DNA from: Ignavibacteriaceae bacterium
Lineage (GTDB): Bacteria > Bacteroidota > Ignavibacteria > Ignavibacteriales > Ignavibacteriaceae
Direction: 5' to 3'
DNA length: 39,998 bases
Assembly (NCBI GenBank): GCA_034005315.1
Contig: JAVEUY010000001.1
Coordinates: 1 to 39,998, forward strand
The notes under the pieces are model-generated. The model was not told the origin of the DNA. It ran no database searches and saw nothing but the letters and a program-made list of their open reading frames with translations. Positions 9,371 to 21,844 of the stretch are shown piece after piece. The position numbers and the translations under genes are program-made. Positions within the stretch are counted from its first letter, which is position 1. Every line of letters begins with the position of its first letter.

Positions 9371-10816
9371 CTAATTGCTTTTTTTTCCAAAAATCAAGTG
9401 AAGAACATTTCCAACAAACAGAGTTATTAATACGCCGATTAAAACAAACCACGTCCAGGCTACAACCTGATAAATTATTATAAAACTCATAGAAATTATT
9501 GCGGCAAAAAAAGCAGGGATTGCATGTTTCTGCTGAACATTTTTATTAGATAACCCCAGCAAAAAAGTACCCAGTAATCCTCCATAAGTAAATGATGCGA
9601 TACTCAATGCAAGCTCAACAACCGTTCCGGGGCTGTTCATAAATATTAAAGCAGATATTATCAGCATTACTGCCCAAAAGATTGTTAACATTTTAGAAAG
9701 CAATAAATTCTTTTTTTCATCGGTTGATTTTGTAAAAGGGATATAAAGATCAATCATAACAGAGGATGAGAGAGAAGTAATTGATCCTGCAAGTGTTGAT
9801 AACGCTGCAGCAAATAATCCTGCAATGATTATTCCTTTAACACCAACGGGTAAAGCTTCAATTATAAACTTGGGAAATATCTCGTCTGATTTTATATCTA
9901 TATTTCCGTAATAGACATATAATAAAATTCCGATAAACAGGAATAACGCAAATTGAAATATTATTATCACTCCGGTTGTAACAATTGCTTTTTTACTTTC
10001 AGCAAGATTTTTTGCAGCAAGCAGTCTTTGAACAATAAGCTGATCTGTTCCGTGTGAAGACATTGATAAAAAAGCTCCGCCGACTATACCGCTTATTAAA
10101 GTATAAGGTTTTGAAAAGAATCCCGAAATACCACCTTCAAATCCCCAACTGATTATACTAAGCTTGGAAGCAACATCCGCAGAACTAAAAATTTCATTTA
10201 TTGGTAATGGAATAAAATCGAAAAGATAAATAATAGATATAATTGCACCGCCGATATAAATTATCATCTGAACTGCATCAACCCAGATAACCCCTTTTAA
10301 TCCGCCGGTAAAAGTATAAAGCAATGCTACTATTGCCATAATCACAATAGCAATAATCGGCTGAATATCCAGCATAAGATAAAGCGGAATTGCAGTAGCA
10401 AATAATCTTACACCATCTGAAGCAATGCGTGTAAACAAAAAAGTTACAGACGCCATTGATCTTACTTTATTACCAAACCTGCTTTGCAAGTAAGAGTAAG
10501 CTGTTGAAAGCTCGCCTTTATAATATGCAGGTAAAAAATACACGGCTACTATAATTCTTCCAATAAGATAACCAAAGGTAAGCTGTAAGAAATTTAAGTT
10601 TGTCAGATATGCAAGACCGGGAATCGAAATAAATGTTAATGTACTTGTTTCTGCAGCAACAATTGAAAAGCTGATTGCCCACCATGGAACTTCCTGCGAA
10701 CCAACAAAATAATCTTTAACTGATTTTTGTTTACCGCCGCGAATCTTACCCAAACTTGCGATTGCGACTAAATAAAAAATAATTATTGCATAATCGATAT
10801 ATGACAAATGCTGCAT
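9371..10816 (-). CDS. Sodium:solute symporter family (SSF) transporter
   Basis: 481 aa, polytopic. YFVGSQEVPWWAISFSIVAAETSTLTFISIPG is typical of the SSF N-terminus. The ATG directly abuts the STAS gene stop (TAAATG). Substrate unknown. Confidence 0.8.
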   Translation of the reverse strand: MQHLSYIDYAIIIFYLVAIASLGKIRGGKQKSVKDYFVGSQEVPWWAISFSIVAAETSTLTFISIPGLAYLTNLNFLQLTFGYLIGRIIVAVYFLPAYYKGELSTAYSYLQSRFGNKVRSMASVTFLFTRIASDGVRLFATAIPLYLMLDIQPIIAIVIMAIVALLYTFTGGLKGVIWVDAVQMIIYIGGAIISIIYLFDFIPLPINEIFSSADVASKLSIISWGFEGGISGFFSKPYTLISGIVGGAFLSMSSHGTDQLIVQRLLAAKNLAESKKAIVTTGVIIIFQFALFLFIGILLYVYYGNIDIKSDEIFPKFIIEALPVGVKGIIIAGLFAAALSTLAGSITSLSSSVMIDLYIPFTKSTDEKKNLLLSKMLTIFWAVMLIISALIFMNSPGTVVELALSIASFTYGGLLGTFLLGLSNKNVQQKHAIPAFFAAIISMSFIIIYQVVAWTWFVLIGVLITLFVGNVLHLIFGKKSN

Positions 10817-11161
10817 TTAACTCCTGAGATCCTTTAATGCTTCATCAACGGTAGAGCTAACCGGTAAAACACGGTCAAGCTGAGTAATTTTAATCAGGTT
10901 ATGAACTTTTTCTGACGGTGCAGCAAGCCTCATCTGTCCTTCGTTTGCAGATACAATTCTGTTTGCAACAAGGATGGCGCTTAAACCGGAGCTATCACAG
11001 CTTTCAACTTCACTCAAATCAATTATAAATTTATTAACACCTTCAACTTTAAGAATCATTGTAAACTCGCCTTTAAGCAAGCCTGAAATACTTGTATCCA
11101 GTCTTTTTTCATTTAACTTGAAAACTGTTACATCTCCAAAATGTTTGGTTTCAAAATTCAT
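10817..11161 (-). CDS. STAS domain protein (SpoIIAA-like anti-sigma-factor antagonist)
   Basis: 114 aa. Conserved phosphorylatable-serine context CDSSGLSAIL. Length and pattern are typical of single-domain STAS proteins. Confidence 0.8.
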   Translation of the reverse strand: MNFETKHFGDVTVFKLNEKRLDTSISGLLKGEFTMILKVEGVNKFIIDLSEVESCDSSGLSAILVANRIVSANEGQMRLAAPSEKVHNLIKITQLDRVLPVSSTVDEALKDLRS

Positions 11162-11170
11162 AAAAGCACC

Positions 11171-11701
11171 TTAAAACATTTTTAAACAATTTAAGAAATT
11201 ACTATACGATACTTCTGATTCAACATCGTTATTCGCTATCTGAAAATTATAGTATTTGTCTGAATTCTTTTTGGAATAGCCTATCCTGATTTTTGCATTA
11301 ACGATATTTGCGGCATAACTATAAAACAATTCGATTTTTCTGTTAAGGTCAATAACTCCGTCAAATTTCATTTCAGAAAGTTTACCAATAAATTTATGAT
11401 TCGGCAGATTGAGTTTGTTTAGATCGTTAACTCCAAACTCAATTGATCTGTTTCTGAACTTTGCCGGCATTAAGCTTATCCGGTAATCGCGGGTTAATAT
11501 TTTAACTGCTTTGTTAAGGTTATCAAGATGTTCCAGTACAACAAAACTTGCTCTAAAATCTTTTTCATCTTCCGGCATTAAAACAAAAAATGAGCCTGAG
11601 CGCTTTAGTGCCTGAGAAAAATCCTGCTCGCTTAATTCATTGTGTTTTAATCTATTGGATATAAAAAATCTTGAGATATTATTTTTAATTGATTCAATCA
11701 T
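11171..11701 (-). CDS. Hypothetical cytoplasmic protein, unknown function
   Basis: 176 aa with no TM helix or signal peptide. Starts 2 nt after the ligA stop and ends 9 nt before the STAS gene. No motif I can name with confidence. Confidence 0.55.
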   Translation of the reverse strand: MIESIKNNISRFFISNRLKHNELSEQDFSQALKRSGSFFVLMPEDEKDFRASFVVLEHLDNLNKAVKILTRDYRISLMPAKFRNRSIEFGVNDLNKLNLPNHKFIGKLSEMKFDGVIDLNRKIELFYSYAANIVNAKIRIGYSKKNSDKYYNFQIANNDVESEVSYSNFLNCLKMF

Positions 11702-11703
11702 CT

Positions 11704-14657
<2,954 letters not shown>

Positions 14658-14674
14658 AATCTTATAATAATTTG

Positions 14675-16126
14675 TTAATTAATCCTAACAAGTTTTACAG
14701 CAAATGCACCATCCATTAAGTGCTTATGAGGAAAAGTCTGGATACAGCCGTTCTCATCAACAAGGCTATCATCAATTTTCCCTTTTGCTGATTCAAATTT
14801 AAAGTCCGGATGTGTTTCTAAAAACTTTTTAACAATCTCAAAATTCTCTTCAGGTTCAATTGAGCAGGTACTGTAAACTACCACTCCTCCTACTTTAACA
14901 AGAGTAGCTGCTTTAGATAAAAACTTCAATTGATTTTCTGTCATTTTTCTTAAATCAAAAATATCTTTTTTCCATTTGATATCCGGTTTTTTTGATAAAG
15001 TGCCTGTGCCGCTGCAAGGAACATCTGCGAGTACTCTGTCAAAAGGTTCGGATTCAAATTCAAGTGCATCTACTTCAATGGTTTCAACAATCTTTAGTCC
15101 GAGGCGCTCATTATTTTTTCTAACAAGGTTTAATCTTCCTTCATATCTATCAAGTGCTGTAATCTTACCCTGATTCCTCATAAGCGATCCGAGATAAGCA
15201 GTTTTTCCGCCAGGTGCCGAACACATATCAAGCACATTCATTCCGGGATGAACATCGAGCAATCTAACTGCTAAACCAGCGCTTTCATCTTGTATGTTAA
15301 AATATCCTTTCTGGTAATATTCCCAGGCAGTTATGTTAGTAAGATTTTGAAGCTGAACAAATTCTTCAAGAAATTTTCCAGATCGATATCTTAAGTTAAC
15401 CTGTTCCAATAAAGCTTTGAAACCGGCAATATCAGTTTTAATAGCATTAACCCTCAAAGTAAGATATGGTTTTTCATTATTTGCCATTAAAAGTTTTTCC
15501 GTTTCTTCTCTGCCAAATCTTTCAAGATATCTTTTTACCATCCACGATGGATGAGAATAATAAGCACTCAGATATCCGATAATATCTTCATTTGGATCCG
15601 GATAACGGATAGCACTTTTATTTCGTATAATATTTCTCAGAATAGCATTTGTAAGATCTGCAGGTTTTTGTCCTTGTAGTTTCTTAACAAATTCAACAGC
15701 TTCATTAACAGCAGCATGATCAGGAATCCGGTCAAGAAACATTATCTGATAAAGCGCAACACGCAAACCATTTTTAAGATTTGGAATTGCTTTTGAAAAC
15801 TGTCCTTTGTAAAAACCATTAAGTATCCAATCAAGTCTGCCCTGCCATCTTGTAACACCGTGAACAATCTCATAAAGTAAAGCTTTATCAGCTCCGCTCA
15901 ACTCTGAATTTTTCAATTCATTATCAAGTAACTTTTCCAGATAAGCATCAGTTCGCTCTACACGATTAAGTATCTTAACCGCAAGTCCTCTTACTCCCTG
16001 ATAAAGATCAATCACTTTATGTTCTTCTAAATGTGTTGACTCTTTAACTTCATTAATTTGATCATTTGAATTTTCTGATTCAGTTAACTCATTTTGATTT
16101 GTATTTGGTGTGCTAAAATCTTCCAA
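14675..16126 (-). CDS. rsmB: 16S rRNA (cytosine967-C5)-methyltransferase RsmB/Sun
   Basis: 483 aa. NusB-like N-terminal domain. SAM-binding site DMCSAPGGKT. Catalytic cysteines in DVPCSGTG and YSTCSIEPEEN. TTG start immediately follows the upstream stop. Confidence 0.9.
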   Translation of the reverse strand: MEDFSTPNTNQNELTESENSNDQINEVKESTHLEEHKVIDLYQGVRGLAVKILNRVERTDAYLEKLLDNELKNSELSGADKALLYEIVHGVTRWQGRLDWILNGFYKGQFSKAIPNLKNGLRVALYQIMFLDRIPDHAAVNEAVEFVKKLQGQKPADLTNAILRNIIRNKSAIRYPDPNEDIIGYLSAYYSHPSWMVKRYLERFGREETEKLLMANNEKPYLTLRVNAIKTDIAGFKALLEQVNLRYRSGKFLEEFVQLQNLTNITAWEYYQKGYFNIQDESAGLAVRLLDVHPGMNVLDMCSAPGGKTAYLGSLMRNQGKITALDRYEGRLNLVRKNNERLGLKIVETIEVDALEFESEPFDRVLADVPCSGTGTLSKKPDIKWKKDIFDLRKMTENQLKFLSKAATLVKVGGVVVYSTCSIEPEENFEIVKKFLETHPDFKFESAKGKIDDSLVDENGCIQTFPHKHLMDGAFAVKLVRIN

Positions 16127-17380
16127 CTAATAACCTCTTTTTTCTCTGTCTGAGTGAGTCAATTCAAAAATAAACCTAAATAACTTTTCATCAACAGCAT
16201 CAAAATCAATCTTTCTTCTGTTTATTACTATCCTTGCTGTTTCAAGTGCTTTATTAACATCATAAACTTTTGATGAACTATCTCCGCCCCAGCTAAATGA
16301 AGGTACGTATTTATCAGGAAATCCTGATAAAAAGATATTACATGAAAAACCAATTACGCTTCCGGTATTGAACTTTGTATTTATTGCGCTTTTCGAGTGG
16401 TCTCCTATCATCATTCCTAAAAAGCGATGGTTACTATCAACTTCTTTATTGTTTAACTTAATTTTAATTATTGAATAATTATTTTTAAGATCACTATTAT
16501 TTGTGCCTGCACCAAGATTAACCCAGCTTCCTATGTATGAATGTCCTATAAATCCCGCATGTTGTTTATTTGAGTAATCCATAAAAACAGATCCTTCAAC
16601 CTCGCCGCCGATTTTACAAACTTTGCCAATAGATGTATTACCGTAAATTGTTGCACCGGCTTTTATTTTAGACGAAGCACCGATAAAACAAGGTCCTTCG
16701 ATAAAGGAATTCGGATAAATGAAAACATCATCATCAATTATCACGGGCCCGTCTGAAGCATCAATAACTACACCCGGTTTAATAATAACATTTTTTCCGA
16801 TGAAAATATTTTCTTTGTTTACCAGGTGAACATAATGCTCAACCTGATTTACAAAATTTTCTTTATTTATCATTTTAAAGCGATTAAAATCCAATGATAT
16901 CTGTGTACCATTATAGAAAATTATATCCCATAAATAATTAGCACATTTAATATCTAATATTTTTACCGGAAGATTATTAAAATCATCTATAGAAAAGAGG
17001 TCTTTAATGTGTGAAGATTTATATTTAAGATTTGTTCCGGTCAGATAGGCAGCAACAACAGTATCTTCATTTACAAAAACTTTATCTTCAGAACAGGAAT
17101 GCGGGAGTAGTTCAGATAAATTCTGAGGAGCAATATTTCTTCCGTTTATAAATAAACATTCTGTGTCTTCAATCCTGTTAACAAGATAATCAAGATTATT
17201 ACGCTTTACCGTTTCTTCCAAATAAGGACGACAGTGAAGTGAAACCTTAACATTACCATAATTACTTATTATTCTCTGTTTAAGTGATTCAACTCCGCAT
17301 AAAAGATCATAAACCGGTCGTGAGTAAACAAGCGGTTGAAGATTAGTATAATTTTCATCTTCGAAAATGCAAATCTGCAA
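16127..17380 (-). CDS. GlmU/sugar-nucleotidyltransferase-like protein with left-handed beta-helix (hexapeptide-repeat) domain
   Basis: 417 aa. Central hexapeptide repeats (IGKNVIIKPGVVIDASDGPVIIDDDVFIYPNSFIEGPCFIGASSKIKAGATIYGNTSIG...). The N-terminal domain lacks the canonical G-x-G-T-R nucleotide-binding loop. TTG start. Confidence 0.6.
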   Translation of the reverse strand: MQICIFEDENYTNLQPLVYSRPVYDLLCGVESLKQRIISNYGNVKVSLHCRPYLEETVKRNNLDYLVNRIEDTECLFINGRNIAPQNLSELLPHSCSEDKVFVNEDTVVAAYLTGTNLKYKSSHIKDLFSIDDFNNLPVKILDIKCANYLWDIIFYNGTQISLDFNRFKMINKENFVNQVEHYVHLVNKENIFIGKNVIIKPGVVIDASDGPVIIDDDVFIYPNSFIEGPCFIGASSKIKAGATIYGNTSIGKVCKIGGEVEGSVFMDYSNKQHAGFIGHSYIGSWVNLGAGTNNSDLKNNYSIIKIKLNNKEVDSNHRFLGMMIGDHSKSAINTKFNTGSVIGFSCNIFLSGFPDKYVPSFSWGGDSSSKVYDVNKALETARIVINRRKIDFDAVDEKLFRFIFELTHSDREKRGY

Positions 17381-17560
17381 AATTTTTAATCCTTCTTAAA
17401 ATAACATTGAAATTTAACATTTTTTGAATAAAGATTCTTTACTTAAATATAGTTAATAATGTTATTGGATAAGATTCTAAATAATTTATTTTCTCTTTTC
17501 TATCACTAATCTTTAATCAGAAAAATAACTTTCACTATTTGATGCTTTCGGATGTAGAAG

Positions 17561-17584
17561 AAAAGGGCATAATCGTTATGCCCT
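17561..17584 (-). terminator. Rho-independent terminator after the RND pump gene
   Basis: 8-bp stem GGGCATAA / TTATGCCC (17565-17572 / 17576-17583) with a 3-nt loop. Followed on the minus strand by TTTTCTTCT. Confidence 0.7.
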
Positions 17585-17600
17585 AAGATTATTAATTCTT

Positions 17601-20600
17601 TTAGTCTGTTACATTTGTTACAGTAGCAGTTTTTCTCGAGAAGAAGGAGTAGATTGCCGGAATAATAAATAAGGTTAAGAATGTTGAAAGTATCAATCCG
17701 CCGATAACAGTTATACCCATTGAAACTCTGCTTTCAGAACCTGCGCCAATAGCAAGTGCAACCGGTAAAATCCCCAATACTGTAGAAAGACTTGTCATCA
17801 ATATTGGTCTTAAGCGTGCTGAAGCAGCGCTTATAACCGCTTCGTTTTTTGTTAACCCGGCTGCTTTCCTCTGATTTGCAAATTCAACAATTAATATTCC
17901 GTTTTTTGTAACAAGACCGATAAGCATAATAATACCTATCTCACTAAAAATATTAAGTGTTTGATTGAAATACCAAAGGGAAAATAATGCCCCCAGCAAT
18001 GCAAGCGGCACTGTAAACAATATTATAAACGGATCCCGGAAGCTTTCAAACTGTGCGGCAAGTATTAAATAAATCAATCCGAGAGCAAGTAGAAATGCAA
18101 AAACAAGACTTGACGAGCTTTCTTTAAACTCTTTCGATATTCCGTCTAATGAGGTTGAAAATTTCTCATCAAGTACTTTATCAGCAACATCATACATTAT
18201 ATCAATTCCTTCGCCCAGAGAAACACCCGGTGCTAATCCTGCAGAAACTGTCGCAGAAACATACCGGTTAAATCTGAATAGCTGTGGTGGTGCGCTTTGT
18301 TCATCTACATAAACAACATTATCAAGTTGAATCAATTCTCCGTTACTATTTTTAACATAGGTTGATTTTAAATCTATAGGTGCATCGCGGTTCTCTCTGG
18401 AAAATTGTCCAATCACCTGGTATTGTTTTCCATCCTTAATAAAATATCCGAATCGTTGTCCACTAAATGCAGACTGGATTGTTTGTGCAATATCGATTGT
18501 AGAAACTCCGAGCGCTCTGGCTTTTTGTCTGTCAATTGAAATTTTAAGTTCGGGTTTATTAAACTTAAGGTTTGGCTCTACTATTGTAAAAGCATTTGTC
18601 TTTTTTGCTTCATCAACAAACCGAGGTAAAAATTCTCTAAGCGATTCAAATTCGGGAGCTTGCAGCACAAACTGAACAGGCAGACCTCCACGTCTTCCTC
18701 CTCCGATTGTTTGCTGCTGAGTGATAAATGTTCTGGCTCCGCTTAAACTGCTTACGACAGGGGTTAAGTCATCAGAAATTTGTTGTTGAGTTCTGTTTCT
18801 GTTTGCAGCATCTTTTAAAATCAAATTTATAGAGCCGGAATTAACAGAAGCTGAACCATAGCCAGGCGATGTTATCGAAATTATACCTTCTTTTTCAGGA
18901 ACTTTTTCTTTTAACATTTCTACAGTCTCAGTTATATACCTGTCCATATATTCGAATGTTGCACCTTCTTGTGCTGTTATAGAAAAATTAAGTCTGCCTC
19001 TGTCTTCAAGCGGTGCAAGTTCTGTTGGTAATGCTGTGTAAAGAATAAAAATTAATGCTAAAGACACAAATGTAACAGGGAATGCAAGCCATCTGTGTTT
19101 TATAAAATATTTAAGCTGCTTTTGATAAGTATTATTAAAAGAGATAAAAAATGGTTCCGTTAAATTATAAAACCAGTTATGACTCTCTCTACGTTTAAGA
19201 ATTTTTGTACTTAACATTGGGGTTAAAGTAAGGGCTACAAATGCAGAGATAATAACTGAACCGGCTACCACAACACCAAACTCTCTGAATAATCTTCCGG
19301 TAATACCCTGCAGAAAAATAACAGGCATGAATACAGCAGAAAGAGCAACAGTAGTAGATATTACAGCAAAAAATATTTCTGCAGATCCTTTTTTCCCCGC
19401 TTCAACCGGATCCATTTTATTTTCAATCTTAGTGTAAATGTTTTCAAGAACAACTATTGCATCGTCAACTACCATCCCGATTGCCAGAACAATACCAAGT
19501 AATGTTAAAACATTTATAGAAAAGTTGGCAATGTACATTATAAAAAATGTACCGATCAGTGAGATAGGTATTACAAGTATAGGAATTAAAGTTGTTCTCC
19601 AATCACGCAAAAATAAAAATATTATCAGCACTACCAGACTAAATGCAAGAATTATTGTCTCTTCTACTTCTTCAATTGAATTGCGTATAAATGTAGTAAT
19701 ATCAAAACCAATTCCTGTTTTAATATCCGGGGGTAAGCTTTTCTTAATTACTTCAAGTCTTTTGTAAAACTCATCTGCAATAGCAATATTATTTGCACCA
19801 GCCTGAGAGATCAGCACAACACCAACCATTGGTATTCCATCACGTTTCAGAATTGTGCGCTCATTTTCAGCACCAAGCTGTGAATGCCCCACATCTTTAA
19901 TCCTTACTATATTTCCGCTAACCTCTTTAATAATAAGATTATCAAACTCAACTTCAGTTTGTAATCTTCCGATTGTTCTTATAGAAAGCTCTGTATTATC
20001 TCCTTCTATCCTGCCGGAAGGTAATTCAACATTTTCCCTGTTCAGAGCATTTCTGACATCAACCGGCGAAAGACGAAAGGCAGCAAGTTTAGCAGGATCC
20101 AGCCACAGCCTCATTGCGTATTTTCTTTCGCCCCAAATCTGAACTGAACCTACTCCATTTATCGTCTGTAATCTTTCTTTAAAGACATTGTTAGCTATAG
20201 CACTCAGCTCAAGTAAATTCCTGGTATCACTTTGAACATTAAGAAATACAATCGGGGTTGCATCAGCATCAGCTTTTGAAACAATTGGCATATCAATATC
20301 CGGTGGAAGATTAAAAAGCGCTCTTGATACTCTGTCACGGACATCATTTGCAGCGGCTTCCATATCAATGTCGATATCAAATTCAACTGTAATTGTACTT
20401 CTTCCATCCCTGCTTGCAGATGTAAGAGACTTAATACCTGCAATTCCGTTTATTGATTCTTCTAATGGTTCGGTAATCTGGCTTTCAATTACATCAGCAT
20501 TTGCACCAACATAATTTGTTGAAACTGTAATTATAGGAGGATCAACTGAAGGGAATTCTCTTACACCCAGATAGGTATAACCTAAGATTCCAAATACGAT

Positions 20601-20663
20601 GATGATTATAGACATAACCATCGCCAGAACAGGGCGTTGTATGCTTATTGAAGAAAGACTCAT
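17601..20663 (-). CDS. RND (AcrB/HAE1-type) efflux transporter, inner-membrane component
   Basis: 1020 aa. 12-TM architecture with two large periplasmic loops. N-terminus SISIQRPVLAMVMSIIIIVFG is typical of AcrB-family pumps. Confidence 0.9.
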   Translation of the reverse strand: MSLSSISIQRPVLAMVMSIIIIVFGILGYTYLGVREFPSVDPPIITVSTNYVGANADVIESQITEPLEESINGIAGIKSLTSASRDGRSTITVEFDIDIDMEAAANDVRDRVSRALFNLPPDIDMPIVSKADADATPIVFLNVQSDTRNLLELSAIANNVFKERLQTINGVGSVQIWGERKYAMRLWLDPAKLAAFRLSPVDVRNALNRENVELPSGRIEGDNTELSIRTIGRLQTEVEFDNLIIKEVSGNIVRIKDVGHSQLGAENERTILKRDGIPMVGVVLISQAGANNIAIADEFYKRLEVIKKSLPPDIKTGIGFDITTFIRNSIEEVEETIILAFSLVVLIIFLFLRDWRTTLIPILVIPISLIGTFFIMYIANFSINVLTLLGIVLAIGMVVDDAIVVLENIYTKIENKMDPVEAGKKGSAEIFFAVISTTVALSAVFMPVIFLQGITGRLFREFGVVVAGSVIISAFVALTLTPMLSTKILKRRESHNWFYNLTEPFFISFNNTYQKQLKYFIKHRWLAFPVTFVSLALIFILYTALPTELAPLEDRGRLNFSITAQEGATFEYMDRYITETVEMLKEKVPEKEGIISITSPGYGSASVNSGSINLILKDAANRNRTQQQISDDLTPVVSSLSGARTFITQQQTIGGGRRGGLPVQFVLQAPEFESLREFLPRFVDEAKKTNAFTIVEPNLKFNKPELKISIDRQKARALGVSTIDIAQTIQSAFSGQRFGYFIKDGKQYQVIGQFSRENRDAPIDLKSTYVKNSNGELIQLDNVVYVDEQSAPPQLFRFNRYVSATVSAGLAPGVSLGEGIDIMYDVADKVLDEKFSTSLDGISKEFKESSSSLVFAFLLALGLIYLILAAQFESFRDPFIILFTVPLALLGALFSLWYFNQTLNIFSEIGIIMLIGLVTKNGILIVEFANQRKAAGLTKNEAVISAASARLRPILMTSLSTVLGILPVALAIGAGSESRVSMGITVIGGLILSTFLTLFIIPAIYSFFSRKTATVTNVTD

Positions 20664-20677
20664 TAATAATTTTCTGC

Positions 20678-21748
20678 TTAGTTAAATTCTGAAATAGTAA
20701 CTTTTGACATTGGTCTTATCTGAAGTATTCCCGAAGTAATAACTGTATCTCCGGCATTTAACCCTGAAACAACCTGAATAGTGGTTTCTTCTCTTACGCC
20801 TATCTCAACATTCTGCCCAGCAACAACGCCATTTTTGTAAAGATACACTTTTTGACTCTTTAGTTCGGGAACGATAGCAACAGAAGGAATTAAAATTGCA
20901 TCACTGATTTTTTTAAGGTTAAGCTCAACGTTCGCAAATGCACCGGGAATTAACTCAGAATAATTTGTATTACATATTGCTCTTATTTTTAATGTTCTTG
21001 TTCCCGGATCAATTTTAGGTTCTATCGCATAAATTTTTGCTTTAAAAACTGTTGCACTTCCACTTATTTTAAAATCTAATTCATCTCCTGTTTTAACCGA
21101 TGTTGAATATTTTTCAGGGATAGAGAAATCAACTTTAATAATATTCAGATTCTGTAAAGTAGCAATAACAGTTGATGTAGTCAGATAGCTTCCTTCACTA
21201 ACTGATCTTAATCCTATAGTGCCGCTAAAAGGCGCACGAATTTCTGTTTTATCAATTTGTGCTTTAATTAAATCATAATCAGCTTTGTTAACATTAAGCT
21301 CGCTTACAGTATTATCATATTCTTCCTGGCTTATCAGATTTCCGTCGCGCAATTGCCTTTGCCTGAATTCCTTTTCTTCGGCAAGCTTAACTTTTGATTC
21401 TGCTCTCCTTAATTGAGCCTGCAGATCAGAATCGTTTATTTTTACGAGGAGATCATCTTTATTAACATAACTGCCTTCTTTAAAAAGAATTTTTATAATC
21501 TTCCCCGCAACTTCACTCATTAATTCTACTTCTTCATTTGCTAAAATTGTTCCTGTCGTTAATACAATATTATTCAATGTCTGCGGAACCACAATATAAG
21601 CTTTAACTGATACAATCATATCGGGTTTGTTGTCGGCATTATTTGTATTTTCTTTTTTGGATGATGAAAGAAGTTTTGGCAGCAGGATTATTAAAAGCAA
21701 TATTAGGATAATCGCTGAGATAATAATTTTTTTTATGTTGTTTTTCAT
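20678..21748 (-). CDS. RND efflux periplasmic adaptor (membrane fusion protein)
   Basis: Signal anchor, coiled-coil hairpin region (LQAQLRRAESKVKLAEEKEFRQRQL...) and beta-barrel domain. Sits immediately upstream of the RND pump. The track ORF starts at TTG 21775; the ATG at 21748 (MKNNIKKIIISAIIL...) is preferred. Confidence 0.85.
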   Translation of the reverse strand: MKNNIKKIIISAIILILLLIILLPKLLSSSKKENTNNADNKPDMIVSVKAYIVVPQTLNNIVLTTGTILANEEVELMSEVAGKIIKILFKEGSYVNKDDLLVKINDSDLQAQLRRAESKVKLAEEKEFRQRQLRDGNLISQEEYDNTVSELNVNKADYDLIKAQIDKTEIRAPFSGTIGLRSVSEGSYLTTSTVIATLQNLNIIKVDFSIPEKYSTSVKTGDELDFKISGSATVFKAKIYAIEPKIDPGTRTLKIRAICNTNYSELIPGAFANVELNLKKISDAILIPSVAIVPELKSQKVYLYKNGVVAGQNVEIGVREETTIQVVSGLNAGDTVITSGILQIRPMSKVTISEFN

Positions 21749-21802
21749 AACTAATTTTGATGACAAAGTAATCAAATAAAAATCTAATCAAAATATAAAG
21801 AT

Positions 21803-21830
21803 AAAAAAGGCGAGTTTTAACACTCGCCTT
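21803..21830 (-). terminator. Rho-independent terminator (distal of two) after the T9SS cargo operon
   Basis: 9-bp stem AAGGCGAGT / ACTCGCCTT (21807-21815 / 21822-21830) with a 6-nt loop. Followed on the minus strand by TTTTTAT. Confidence 0.75.
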
Positions 21831-21844
21831 TTAAATTTAAAAAG

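Noticed and set aside
17401-17478. Short repeats in the 220-bp intergenic region: ATAACATT/AATGTTAT inverted (17401-17408 / 17458-17465) and AAGATTCT direct (17431-17438 / 17471-17478), considered as operator sites.
   Set aside because: 8-mers in very AT-rich DNA are expected by chance. I cannot link them to any regulator or consensus.
17542-17586. A 14-codon mini-ORF (MLSDVEEKGIIVMP) in the spacer upstream of the beta-helix gene.
   Set aside because: It lies on the plus strand, overlaps the RND terminator stem-loop, and has no RBS.
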